A DNA stretch of 64,000 nucleotides, taken from Narcine bancroftii. Taxonomy: Eukaryota. Location of the stretch: NCBI RefSeq assembly GCF_036971445.1, contig NC_091476.1:24490001-24554000 (forward strand). Direction: 5' to 3'. The stretch's first letter is position 1. Every line of letters starts with the position of its first letter. A program made the translations under genes and the position numbers. Positions 1-12,019 of the stretch are shown here, piece after piece. The notes below the pieces were generated by a model, which was not told where the DNA came from, made no database searches, and saw only the letters and a program-made list of their open reading frames with translations.

Positions 1-795
1 AAGTATTTAAAAGAGCCTACAGCATTTTGGAAAAAGTTCTTGTGGACAGATGAGACCAAGATTAACCTGTATCAGAGTGATGGCAAAAACAAAGTGTGGA
101 GATGCAAAGGAACTGCCCAAGATCCAAAGCGTGCCATCTCATCTGTGAAACATGGTGGAGGGGCTGATATGGCCTGGCATGTAAGGCTGCTACAGGTACT
201 GGCACACTTAACTTCACTGATAATGTAACTGCTGATGGGAATAGCAAAATTAATTCTGAATGCCTCCAAACATATTGTATGGTGCTTTATCCCACAGCAA
301 GATAATGATCTCAAGCATACTGCTCAAGCAACAAAGAAGTTTTTCAAAGCTAAAAACTGGAAATTTTTTGACTGGCTAATCAGTCATCAGTCAATCCAAT
401 TGAGCATGCTTTCCATACGCTGAAGAGAAAACTTAAGAGGACAAGCCTCTAAAACAAGCAGGAGCTGAAGATGGCTGCAATGGAGACCTGGCATAACATC
501 ACCAGAGAAGATACTCAGCACTTCATGATGCTTATGAATTACTAAACATGACTACTTTAATATATATATCGTGCTATGTCCCAAATATTATGGTGCCCTG
601 AAATGAGGGAACTAAGTATAAAAAATGCTGTAATTTCTATATGGTCAAACAAAAATATGTACAAATAACCTTTCATAAAATTTGGAATGTGCACTTTAAT
701 CACGCGAATTGTTTGATTACAAATTTAAAACTGTGGAGCACAGGGGCAAATAAAGGAAAAAAGTGTCTTTGTCCCCAACATTATGGAAGGCTCTA
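1..795 (+). mobile_element. Tc1/mariner (IR/DR-type) transposon, 3' part with decayed transposase and right terminal repeat
   Basis: Fragments WTDETKINLYQSDG..VWR, SVKHGGG and QQDNDLKH are Tc1 DDE motifs, frameshifted. A direct repeat gtcccaaatattatgg (578) / gtccccaacattatgg (771) marks an IR/DR end, followed by TA at 796-797. Lies in a BCORL1 intron. Confidence 0.9.
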
Positions 796-1365
796 TAATT
801 GTCCAGTCCACTTTGATTTTGAAAATGAGCTTGGCCTGGGAATTTTCTGCAGGTGATGGATGAGTTGGGTTCCAGTGACTCACATGGCCACTGGCGCCCC
901 TCTGCTGTGCTGTTCAATAACTATGGCCCAATTAAAGCAATGACATTTCTAACCCTATATTTTCTTTCTGTTCTTCCATTCTGGGTTTTTTTCTTCAAGA
1001 TTCTAGTTTCTCTCATGCTTCTGGGTTTTTTAAAAAATCTCACTCACCCTGATTGCTCTTTGTACATTGAAGTTTTAATCTTGGTCCTGAATCCAAGTTT
1101 TTCTTGTTAACTTTGTCTTTGCTGGCTTGTGGTGTACTTGTCCTGTGGTTAAGCTATGGTGTCCACGTAACAGTTTGGGTTTCCCAATAGTCTAACCCAG
1201 CGATAGTAACAAGACAAGTTCCAGTGAAAGATCAAGACTGCTGTAATATTTTATAAATCTTGTATTTAGATTGAGAGAGCTTCCTATCACAGGATGGAAC
1301 ATAGAACATTGGTTACTTTATGGTCTAAATTCATCCATAATAGCTATATCCACAACATCCATAAA

Positions 1366-1592
1366 GGCACCTAATAGCCTGAATATTCCTGAGATTGTCT
1401 GATCTCAGCAGGCTCAGGACTGGTCAGTACTTAGAGGAGAGACTGCCTAAGAACACCAGGTGCTGTAGGTTTTTGTGAGGGGTGCTGGAGAAAGTGGTGA
1501 TTCTCTGTCTGCCTTATAATAGACAAAAGTTAAAGAATCTCATGTATATTACCTTCTAAATATAGTATTACATGACAATAATGGAACCTTTA
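1366..1592 (+). mobile_element. 5S rRNA-derived SINE-like element (5S head about 1366-1474 plus LINE-type tail)
   Basis: gtctgatctc..agcaggctcaggactggtcagtacttagaggagagactgcctaagaacaccaggtgctgtaggtttt aligns to vertebrate 5S rRNA, with box A partly deleted. The tail ends catgacaataatggaacctt. Candidate 7-bp TSD CCATAAA at 1359-1365 and 1593-1599. Confidence 0.8.
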
Positions 1593-1943
1593 CCATAAAT
1601 AAAATGTTTTGACCTGTGTCACTTTAGCATTGTTTTATATTTCTTTATATATTCTCTTTGATTGATTGTGTTTTCCAGGTGTACATACACTCCGCTAGGC
1701 TTAGTGCTAATTCTAATGTACATTAGCAGTTTCTTCAGTCATGACATTAGTGTAACTTGTTCGTGAGGATACCAGCTATGACCAATATTAAAGCTATAAA
1801 GTTTTGAATGTAACCATAATTTCAGCTGTGAAATCAGTTAACTATTGGATATAGACTTTTCTGATAAGCACAATAGAGTATTTATATAGAATAATATGGA
1901 AAAATAATTAAATGGACATAATGACTCTATTTCAACTTTTCAG

Positions 1944-2088
1944 AGCAGGATAAGGAAATTCTTTGTAACATTTTGGCAAATCCTCCTGGACTTGAAGAGG
2001 AAGATGGGGACACAAATTACTTTGTGTTTGAGTTTTCTGAAAAGCCTCTTCTTGCATGTTACAATATACAAGCTTCCCTTTCTCACGG
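1944..2088 (+). CDS. BCORL1: BCORL1 penultimate coding exon
   Basis: ttttcag acceptor and GG|gtaaga donor. Encodes (E)QDKEILCNILANPPGLEEEDGDTNYFVFEFSEKPLLACYNIQASLSH(G), matching the BCOR/BCORL1 NPPG...FEFS.KPLL.CYN.Q.S pattern. Phase fits the next exon. Confidence 0.9.
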
Positions 2089-2699
2089 GTAAGAGTTGAA
2101 TTCAAAATCAACATAATTCAGAAGATAATAACAAGAATTTTATTCTGTCGGCTATGTCTGATTTTGTTTAAAAAAAAGGGAGAAATCCCACTGTCACCTT
2201 AGCATATTCTTTTTAACTGTTGCGTGGTTGGGGGAAATTTAACTTTTTATTTGTGTTAGTAGCACAAAATTTGGCACCTCCTGAATGGCAAGTATAAATT
2301 GCACAAAAACTGGCCATGTTTTGTTTCCTCTTTGTTTCATCATTTTTCTTTCGGGGGGGGGGGGTCACATGTTTGTCAGACTTATAACATTTTTAAGTCT
2401 GATTCTATTGGTTGTGCTGTAAAATTGATATTATAATTTGCTAAATACTGGTATACAAACTCACACCTGAGCATTCAAATTAGGAGCATATACAGGACAT
2501 TGGCCGCTCAAGCTTGCTGCATCATTTAATTAGTTTACGGCCGGTCTGATTGTAACTGCAACGTCACATTGCAATTGACCAGTTGTAACTTGTGCTGTCA
2601 TTTCACCCCACCCCCATTGCAGTTAGTGCAAGACAAAGTGAAATTTCAATAGTGCAGGCAGATCTTTTGGTGGTCCCTGGCTAATTTGTGGTTAAGGGT

Positions 2700-2810
2700 A
2701 GACTATCACAGGGAGATTTAAGAGCTGACAACTGTTGGATAAAAACTGTTCTTGAACTTGGAGGTCCTGGACATGAGGCTTCAGTACCTTCTGCCTGGAG
2801 GTAGAACAAA
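2700..2810 (-). mobile_element. Rex-Babar-like LINE 3' fragment
   Basis: aaactgttcttgaacttggaggtcctgg...ccttctgcctggaggtag resembles the copies at 43470-43560 and 56150-56380. Confidence 0.5.
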
Positions 2811-3396
2811 GATAGAGTATCCTGACCTGCAGTTCTCACTAATTCCACGAAACATATTTTCTATAGGATTAACACTTATTCTGTTAACATTTTTAAAATA
2901 GTGATAGAAACTCACACTACCCTTTTAATATTCTGTTACATCTTGTACTCCAATTTTCTTCCTTATCAATCTTTTAGCCATTCTTTGTTATATTTTGGTA
3001 TCAACAATTTCTAACCTGTTTCTACACAATTATTTGCTTTGATTGTCACCTGTTTCTGGCATTAATATCTTTTCCTGTATTTTCTGAAAAACTCCTTAAT
3101 CTGAGATCATCATGGAATTAACCAACCTTTATCCACCCTGGAGATGAATTAGGAAATAGGAAATTTCCAGGACATGATTTCCCATCCATTTCCTTCAGCT
3201 GTTATGTTACTAAATGCAATGCAAAATAATTACAAGATTATTTTTAACTTAAAAGACCATGAATTTTTAAACCATGTTATGTTTAATTCTATGATAATTC
3301 TGAGGACAAGAGATGAGAAGTTTCATGTTATATAATTATGACAATCCTATATTGTGGCAAAATTATATTTAACATTCTCTTTTCCTATTTGTGCAG

Positions 3397-3691
3397 CCCT
3401 TGTAACTGGTTGGTGTTATATGAAGTTCTCCGGAGATTGAAAATGTCAGTCAGGATTTTTCAATCCCGCTACCCTCATTTTGAAATTGTTACCATGACTG
3501 AAGTAGAATTTTACAAGCAGGTTTCTACAAGCCAGGTGCATTTTCAACTCGGGAATCTTCAGTTCTGCTCCGTGGATGGCAGGATGTCTCTGGAATTGGT
3601 ACGCTGTGTGCCTGAGCTGTTGAATCTTATTGGTTCTACGGTGGAATTATTAACTGAAGACTGTGAAAAAGTTATAAAATCCACAAGGTGA
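3397..3691 (+). CDS. BCORL1: BCORL1 last coding exon (PUFD, PCGF1-binding domain)
   Basis: tttgtgcag acceptor. (G)PCNWLVLYEVLRRLKMSVRIFQSRYPHFEIVTM..EFYKQV...LELVRCVPELLNLIGSTVE matches the PUFD domain; GPCNW, PHFEI and ELVR favour BCORL1 over BCOR. Stop TGA at 3689-3691. Confidence 0.9.
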
Positions 3692-6600
3692 ACCAAAATT
3701 ATGACTGATTGACAAATCTTTCCCATCTCAAATAAATGGGAAAGAATTAAATGGGTACTAACAGGTGTGTACAATATGCCAGCTATTACTTCGGTTATCT
3801 CAAATCAGGCATAGACTAGCCATGCTGATAAATAGTAGAAATAACAGATCAGTTCTGACCTTAAAATGCAAGTGTACAAGGTTTGCTGGGATGTTTAAAG
3901 AAAAGAGAAAATTTTAACTAGGTTCATTAAAAAATATTTTCTTTCTAATTATGTTGAAGTGCACCTAGGTTTGTGATCCATAGCCATGAAAAATTATTAG
4001 CAATGCCAATGGTACAGTTGATTCTCGTAAAATGAACATTATTTATACCTGTTACCACACTTTGTTCATTGCTTACCTTGTATCCTCTTTTAAAAGGTGT
4101 TTAAAAACTGCTTTATGTTTTACCCAATTCAACACCATCAGTTTTCCCTGAGAGGTCAGGCTCATAGTCATTTCCTATTTTCAAAACTGTTCTCTGAGCC
4201 AGCTGCAAGGAGATGATGAGAAAACCTGGTGAATTAGTGCACTTGTGATTTCTCCTCATGTCTCTTGGCAGAGACTATTACTTGAGCTGAGAGGCATGCA
4301 CATCAGTGAAGCTAAAAGTAAGTATTCAGCAGCGTACACAGCTTAAACTCGTGTCCAGTATTTTACTGTGATGCACCATTCTGTATCGAAGAAACACTAT
4401 GTACGCTTTTATTTAAAATGCATTTACATTAACCGACTCCACGCGTCGAATGAAATGGATGTTTTTAAATATAATGGATCAAGAAACAAGAATTCACTGT
4501 ATCATAATTGGAACCAAATTGTCAGTGCCTGAAAGGCACATTTTCAACATTCTAAATTTAAACTGTCCAGTTATTAGCAAATGGCCACACAATAGTTCCT
4601 AAATATAACATTTAGCAATGACAGAGAGTATCTTAATTGAATCAATAGTTTCATTATGTTGGAGTTTATCTAGAAATTGGATATCTGTACCCTGTAAGTA
4701 GGGATATAATGACTTTGCCACAGTGTATTTATATTTTCTTTAGATTTTATTTTCCAGATTAAACAATTTTAAAGTTGGGCTGTTAAAAACTGAAATGGAA
4801 TGATAGGATACATGTCGTTTAATGAGATGAAGTTGAAAAAAAAGACACTGGAAATTTTATGAGTTAACTGTTAAGTTCCAACCTGAGTTACAAATCTATA
4901 CAACTCTCGGAGAGAATGCACTTTATGTTGACTGCTTGTTGAGTTGCACCAATCATTGGTTTTCTGTACAACTGCAGTTACACAACTTAGTCAAATGTTT
5001 GTTTAAAAGGGAGAAAGTTTAAAAAAGATACAGAAGCTTGTTTCCTTTGAACTACAAGGCTAATTCAAAACTCCTTTTGTAATATTTGTTAGAACATTCC
5101 ATTTTTGCCATTTAAACCAACATACAAAACTAAAACCCAATATTTTTTATAAAATGACCAATAACCAAATCAAATTTCAATTGGATAACATTTCTTTGTA
5201 TACTAGAAAGAAATTAGCTAGGGATCATGAATTTTCATGTCAATGTGAAGTACATTAGATATGCATTGTTGGCAAAACTCAGGAATCCGATTGGTGATCC
5301 AATCTGTAGACATCACAAAGCCAGTAAGGTAGTTCCCCTCTGCTTGCATTTCACGTTCGATGTAGCATAGTTAAAATTCAGAGCAAAGCCAAATTCCATA
5401 TTATTAACTCCGACAATTCTATAGCTGTGCTTGACACTTGATTGATAGATGTCAAGTGCAATGTGAGGCTGAGGCCTGCTGAGTTCACTGTTGCTAGCAG
5501 ACCCAAACATGTTTTGGTACGTAATTCCACGTGGACCCCGGTGTATTGGTTGATTTTGTAAATTTAGATGTCCCTGTTTCAAGCTTCACTTGCCCTCAGT
5601 TACTCAACAGGTGTATGATCAAGCAATATAACAGCTTGCCTACTTTTAGGACTGTTCGAATATTTCAGTCTAACTAGGTATACCTAGGCAGAACTGATTT
5701 AGTTTTCAGTAATTGGCCATAAATTAAAATGTCAAGTGACTGTAACATTGCATTCATTGTGCCTGCAGGTGTTGATGTAAGAACTGTGTCTCATTATGTG
5801 CAGTGGTTCACGACGAAACAATGGAATAATTCATCTGTAAGTGTAATTAATTTACAATGCCTTAAAGTGGCATATGACCTTTCCACATCATGACCTTCAT
5901 GAGTAAAACATTAGCATTATTCAGAGCCTTTTCCTCAGTGATGAACTGCTGGGCAGAGTAGTTCAACCCACTGTTCTTCACTCATGATCCCCAGTGACAT
6001 TGGTTGCATCAGATCATAGACATCCAATCATCAGTATGTCATAAATAATTATGAGATTAGGTTTTCTACTCTTATCTTCCCCCCAAGATGCGCATTCGAA
6101 TGAAACACCCCAGAATGCCCCCTTTATCCTTAGTAAGAAGTGCAGGACCTTCTCAGATTCAATTCTCTCAGCATATTCTGTGGCTACTTAGGAATACATT
6201 TTCTTGACATTTGATTTGCACAATCACAAGACCCCTCAAAAGGTTATTCCAATAACTACTTACACATTGCAAAGGAACTCCCCTTTATCCTACCTGATCA
6301 AAAATTGTGGACCATTCTGCAGTTTCATACATATTCAGCACCATTGCAACCATTCTCTTACCAGAGAATCCTGCAGCATCGCCATTTAACTCAAACGCTA
6401 AATGGCGTGTGTACTGTAAATTCGAGACTGCAGATGCTAGAATCTGGAATAAAAATCAGCCGGAGGAACTCAAGAGTATTGACCAGCATTAGTGGGAGAA
6501 AAAGAATGGTTGACATTTTGGCTAAGATGAAGGGTTTTGACTCGAAATATTGGATCTTTTTCTCTCACTGATGCTACTTGACCTGATGAGTCTTCTGGCA

Positions 6601-9600
6601 GATTGTTTTATGTGTTGTAGACTTTCATTCCCCAAAACATAACCTCTTAAGTGTCCACTAATATTGTAGAAGTATTCCAAACACATGAAAGTAGCATACT
6701 GGGCTCTCTTCCTCAGTGAAGAGCATTCAGACCTCTTTCATATTCCAAACATGAGTACATTGGCTCTCTAATCTGTCTCTGTCACCTTCAGCTTTACATT
6801 CTCTTGCTCTCCCCTCATCTTACTTCAATCTGCACCCCACCTCCCACTTCCCTCCTGTTCCTGTCATGTTTATTTTCCTTCTCTTTGACTTCTCTGTCCC
6901 TGTTGTTGCCTTCATCTAATTATCGCCCTGCCTTTCAAACCTTTTTGATGTTGGTCTTTACTAATGAGCTTCCTAAAATAAAAATTGTCCTGCAACTTGT
7001 GAATAGGTACACTTGTTGATTAGCTGTCTTTGGTTTCATACCCCTGTCAATAGTTTTGAATGTTTACATGATAGTGACCTCGTCTGAAAATATGTGAAGG
7101 CCCAACTGTGCTGTAAGTAAACTTCCTTTGCATAAAACCTTTGTGATTATAGGAATGAATGGCTAATTTCTCCCACTTGTCTTGGTGGTACTATTCACAA
7201 ATGAAACACTAAAACTAGTCTTGAATTAGAGCTGAATAGATGTAAATTCAGTTACAAAGCATAATTTTTTTTAAGGAACCAAAGCCAGTAATTCCATTAA
7301 AAAATATGTAGGAACGTGAAAAATTAAAGTTTGTTGTGCATTTCCTTTGAGTCCAGCTTAATTAGGTTAATTTGTGTATTTCAGGGCATATATCAATACA
7401 AAAGAAACAAGCTGCCTTCCATTTATTATTACCAAGCAAAACAACTTTCCAAGCCAGTTTTCTTTTAAATAGGGTCACAGTAATCCCACAGAAACTACCT
7501 TTGCCTATAAACAGTTCCTAGCTCAAGGATGCAACATTAGCAAAGGCCCTTAAAAGCTAATGACAATAATCTCAAAACCTTTCTGTTTCTTGTTCAGCTT
7601 TCTTGGCATGTAGCATTTGCAAGATCTGCCTGACTGATCAGTAGCGATCTCATTTAGAAGCTCTAGACTCATATTCCTCTGTGAGGCTACTATTAAAATG
7701 AGAAATTAAACCAAGGCTGCAACTAACATTTAAGGTGGGGATACAAGTTAATTATGCCACAATTTAGCAAAGTAGAATTTTGCAAATATCTTGCCTATAT
7801 TTATCCTTCAAACAACATCACTAATCCTTTTATACCATTTGCTGTTTGTGGTACTCTGCTATTTCTTTACAACAGGCAAGCTTTTGGGACATAAACGAAC
7901 AACTGTGTGTTTATACAAATTCTTTAATATTCAGCTTTATCTGCATGAAAATAATGGTCAAACACCAAGTGTTACTGGCTCCAAACAAATCCTTCCTTTA
8001 TCAGATCAAAATTTTAACAAAATATTTACATCAGAAAATGTTGGGTTAGCAATATTATATTTGCAAAATATACTATTTGCTGTTTTCTCAACACCTGTTC
8101 TCCCATCCTTACTCTGCATTCTATAAAACCTAATTCCGCCATCTGTAAATGATGGAAGAAACTAAATTGCACTTTGCTTTATTATTATACCAAACATGTA
8201 TGCTGAAGTTGACATTTCTAGACAATTGGATCAACACCTACATTTTAAAATTGCATGTCAATGGTATTAATTAAGAGTTCATAGATTAAAATTAGAAGGC
8301 CAATTTAAGTTATGACTATAGCACACGTCAACTCAATACAGCAGCCAAGACAGTGCCTTTTTTTAAGATATTACGAACTGTTCATAAACATAAATGTTGG
8401 CATGTAAAAGATGTTGAAAAGGAAGTTTGCAAATCAGTATCTCAGAGAAACACTAGGTTACTGCTCATGAAGGATTATATCCTTGACCTTTTTAATAGAT
8501 TCTTTTGTCTCACTGCTTCTAGTACATTACTGCTAGTACAACTCTGGCATTGTTCTGTGTTTATTCAGCATTAATATTTTATTTTCTTTCTATTAAAGGT
8601 GTTCAACTGCCTTTTAATTAAAAATCTGCATGGTAAATCAGTTTTATAGTAATTTGACCAAGTATTTGTTGCCATCTGGGTGCTCAAGGTCTGCTGTAAT
8701 CTCAATTTGTATCCCAGCATTCCTTAAAATAAATGGCACTTCTGTTCAATAAAACAAATAACTCAACCGTGTTAAATCAAATTCTGCTAGTTAACTGGGC
8801 ATATTTTTATCGCAAAATCTCCAGTGAGATAGCTGAATTTTGGTGCTGCAATGCTGTGATGAATCTCTTGTAGTATATTGATAGAAGTATTTATCTGTTG
8901 AAAACTGCTGCAGTTACCTAAAGTAAAGATAACAATAAATAAAAGCAGGAAATGCTGGAGTACTCAGCAAGTCAGAAAGCATCTATGGGGAGAGAAGCAA
9001 AGTTAATGCTTCAGATTATTTGCCTTTCATCAGAACAATTAAAATTCAAACATAAAACATTTTTAGATTGCAAGGAATGCCATTTTCTTTGTTCTCTCCA
9101 CCTTCCCCCCACCCCCCGCTCTGCAAAGCACATTTAATTTCTGGCTTTTCCTCATCCTGAAGTCAGATCAAGTTGAAATGTTAGTTTTGTTTCTCTTGCT
9201 GTTAATGCCGTCTGACCTGCTTCGTGTTCCCACTGTGTTTTGTTTTTAATTTTCAGCTTCAGAAGTTTTTTGATTTTCATAAACTTCTAAAACAAGATGA
9301 GGCTACATTTTAATGTACAAATCCTTCTTAGAAGTTTATAAGACTGTTCTGTGTATATTTTGTACAGTGTTTGATATGGCTAAAAGGAGTTGGAACCTTG
9401 TTGGTTAACTCTTAGTTTATATAAAGAAGTCTGCATTGTCTTGCTGGAAAACTAAAGCAGTCATTGATGGATTTTTTGAATTCTTCATGTTTATACGTTT
9501 GTTGTTTCTATACACAAGAGTTTTTTTGGTTTAAAAAAAAGTAAATTATTTAGTTGACAGCATATTTTGTTTTAAAAATTTAACAAATGTATTGTGTTGC

Positions 9601-11110
9601 TAATATAAGCAATGAGGAACTTAGAAAAAAGTCTGTAGACTGGACTTTTTCAGATTTATTTCTAAGAAGCACATAGAGAATAGACCTTGCTGTTTTGTTT
9701 ACAAGAACTAAGGTGGATTCTGGACTGAATCACACATCACATTTATATCGTTATCTGAAATCAACTATTAAACTTGTTTGGATTATACCTTTCGATTCAG
9801 AATTGCATTTACTGTAAGTATATAATTTCTTCACTTCTCTGTTTAAATAGAGATTTGTTTATGATCGCATGTTTTCTCGGTTTCACATTATCTGTAAGGT
9901 TTTTGAAATGTTAAATTAAACTTTCATCAATCAGATAATTAAGTATATAGTACATGCAATAGTGCTTTAGGCAGACAGTTATAACTATAAGGGTGCTGAT
10001 CATTGAAAACGCTCAACATGTTACAGTTTGGAATTCAGGTTGATCAAACTGTTGAATCCAAATTCTTCTTACAGTGATCTGCTTTTTATATCTTCCTCAC
10101 TTCCCTGCTATGTGACTATCAGCATGTCTCTTCATCACTTAGTGATTTTTTTTAAAAAAATACTCCCTTTAAGGATAATTTGGTAAGAAATCTAGACTGT
10201 AATGATAATTCAGTTAAGAGATTCAAGATAATTTCAACCTAAATTGCCTAGTTTATTTCAGTAGAACATAAATCACGAGGTCCATAAAACAGGTGTCCAA
10301 CTGGAACTATGCCATTCCCGATGGGCAGTGGAGATTAAAATTATTTGTACTCAATCCCTCACTAGCAGCTCTTTTGGGTTTTGAACAATGGGATGAGTAA
10401 ATCTCTTTACTGTTGATATCACATTTATTTTCCTGTTATTTTTAATTGCTGTTTAACTATGTAAATCTGTTTTTGCCTTTGATTCTGTATCTCCTTAGTT
10501 CCAGCCTGGTCCTCTCATCCAACACAAATTTTAATTAAAAAAAAAGTGATGCTTTATGTTTTAACAGATGTTTTTCTTCTACGGCACTGACTGATATCCT
10601 TGCAACTATTTATCAGTGATACAGTTATCCGAAGTTTCATAATCAAGACACATGAGCACATCTTCAATTAACTTCAGTAAGATGTGATACGATATAGTTC
10701 AGCTAGTTTGGAGTCGCAGCATCTGTGGACCACCACCAACATTCCACTCCCTCCATTCCTCAAATTTCAAATTGACCATGAGCAAATGGGAAATGTGTGC
10801 TACCCTAGTCCAAGGCCTGGTGACTGGAAATTAAGGAGTCAGTCAAAGTTTGTGTTACTGAAGAAGGTAACTAGGTGGTGCAGTGTTGTGGGGTAATAGA
10901 GATGAGGATTGGGAGTATCTCCATCAGAATTATAGGGCAATCAAGGGAGAGAGTGATGGGCAGAATTCAATGGGGGGTTTAATCCACAGAGGATCAGGGT
11001 TTATGGCCTGGACCTTGCAGTATTAACAGTCCACGGGGCTTTTGGTTTTTCCAGTTCTCTACCCTCTCTTTTTTCAGTTATTTATCAACTAATTCCTTCT
11101 TCAGTTGGTT

Positions 11111-11963
11111 TCCCCTGAGTGGAGTCTATTCGTGTTCCTGGCTGACCACACAAGGTGGGCAGTGCCTTCACCCTTTCCAGTCCCCCCCCCCCCCCCTTTC
11201 CTCGTTAAATCATTGCTGCTGAACCGCTGCCTCTTCACCCGACACGACCCGAAGATGTCCGGTCCGCTGGGGTGGGGGAGGGGGGGTCGCGCCTTTCACC
11301 AGGCGGTCAGTCAGTTTGGCGCCTGAGCTGCGTCCTGGTCGCCTCTACAGATTGGTGAGGGGCTGGGCCCTTTCCGGTCCGCGCTGTATTCCTTTCAGGT
11401 CCGCTTGTTCTGGACCCTCATCCTGCTGCTGAATTCCGACCCCTTTGCGTGTATGTCGACTTGTTGTGATAAGAATGCCCAAATGAATCTTCCATCGTTG
11501 TCTACCCAGGTAACCACCAGTTTTTAGATTCCTCTCCCTGGAGTCCCCTTCCTCTAATGTTGCGGTCACAGCATTGCTTGTTTGTTCCAAAAGGGAATTG
11601 TTCCTCATTGACATCGGACTCTCGTCAGCACTCGTTTAAAAAATGAAATCTATTTGGAAACTGAAATCAATGCCTTTTGGAGTGAAAGGAAACCTGGACA
11701 AAACTAAAATGAAAGCAACTTTTATGCATGCAAATACTTTCCCTACAATCTTCAGTGTCTAATAACACTGCCCTGAAATTTAATTGGCTGGAAAATATAA
11801 ACTAGAGTAGTCATGCATGAGTAACTTGAAGTTTGACTTGACACTGGCTGCTGGAAAATTCATTCATGCCCCACATCTCAAAGCAGCATCCCCTGAGTGG
11901 AGTCTATTCGTGTTCCTGGCTGACCACACAAGGTGGGCAGTGCCTTCACCCTTTCCAGTCCCC
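11111..11963. repeat. Perfect 75-bp direct repeat (11111-11185 and 11889-11963)
   Basis: tcccctgagtggagtctattcgtgttcctggctgaccacacaaggtgggcagtgccttcaccctttccagtcccc is identical in both copies. Confidence 0.95.
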
Positions 11964-12019
11964 TTGGCAGCACTTCAGGTCCTTAGGAACCCCACACTGC
12001 ATTATTTGTCTCGCAAAGG

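Noticed and set aside
853-1110. ORF after an acceptor-like ttctgcag as an extra BCORL1 exon
   Set aside because: No resemblance to BCOR/BCORL1 and no convincing donor; the hydrophobic tail is just T-rich sequence.
1366-1474. Functional 5S rRNA gene
   Set aside because: Single, heavily substituted copy with a deletion in box A, fused to a retroelement tail.
11985-12010. U1 snRNA-like ACTGCATTATTTGT at the Tx1 3' junction
   Set aside because: Only about 13 of 14 nt match and it does not extend; compatible with chance.
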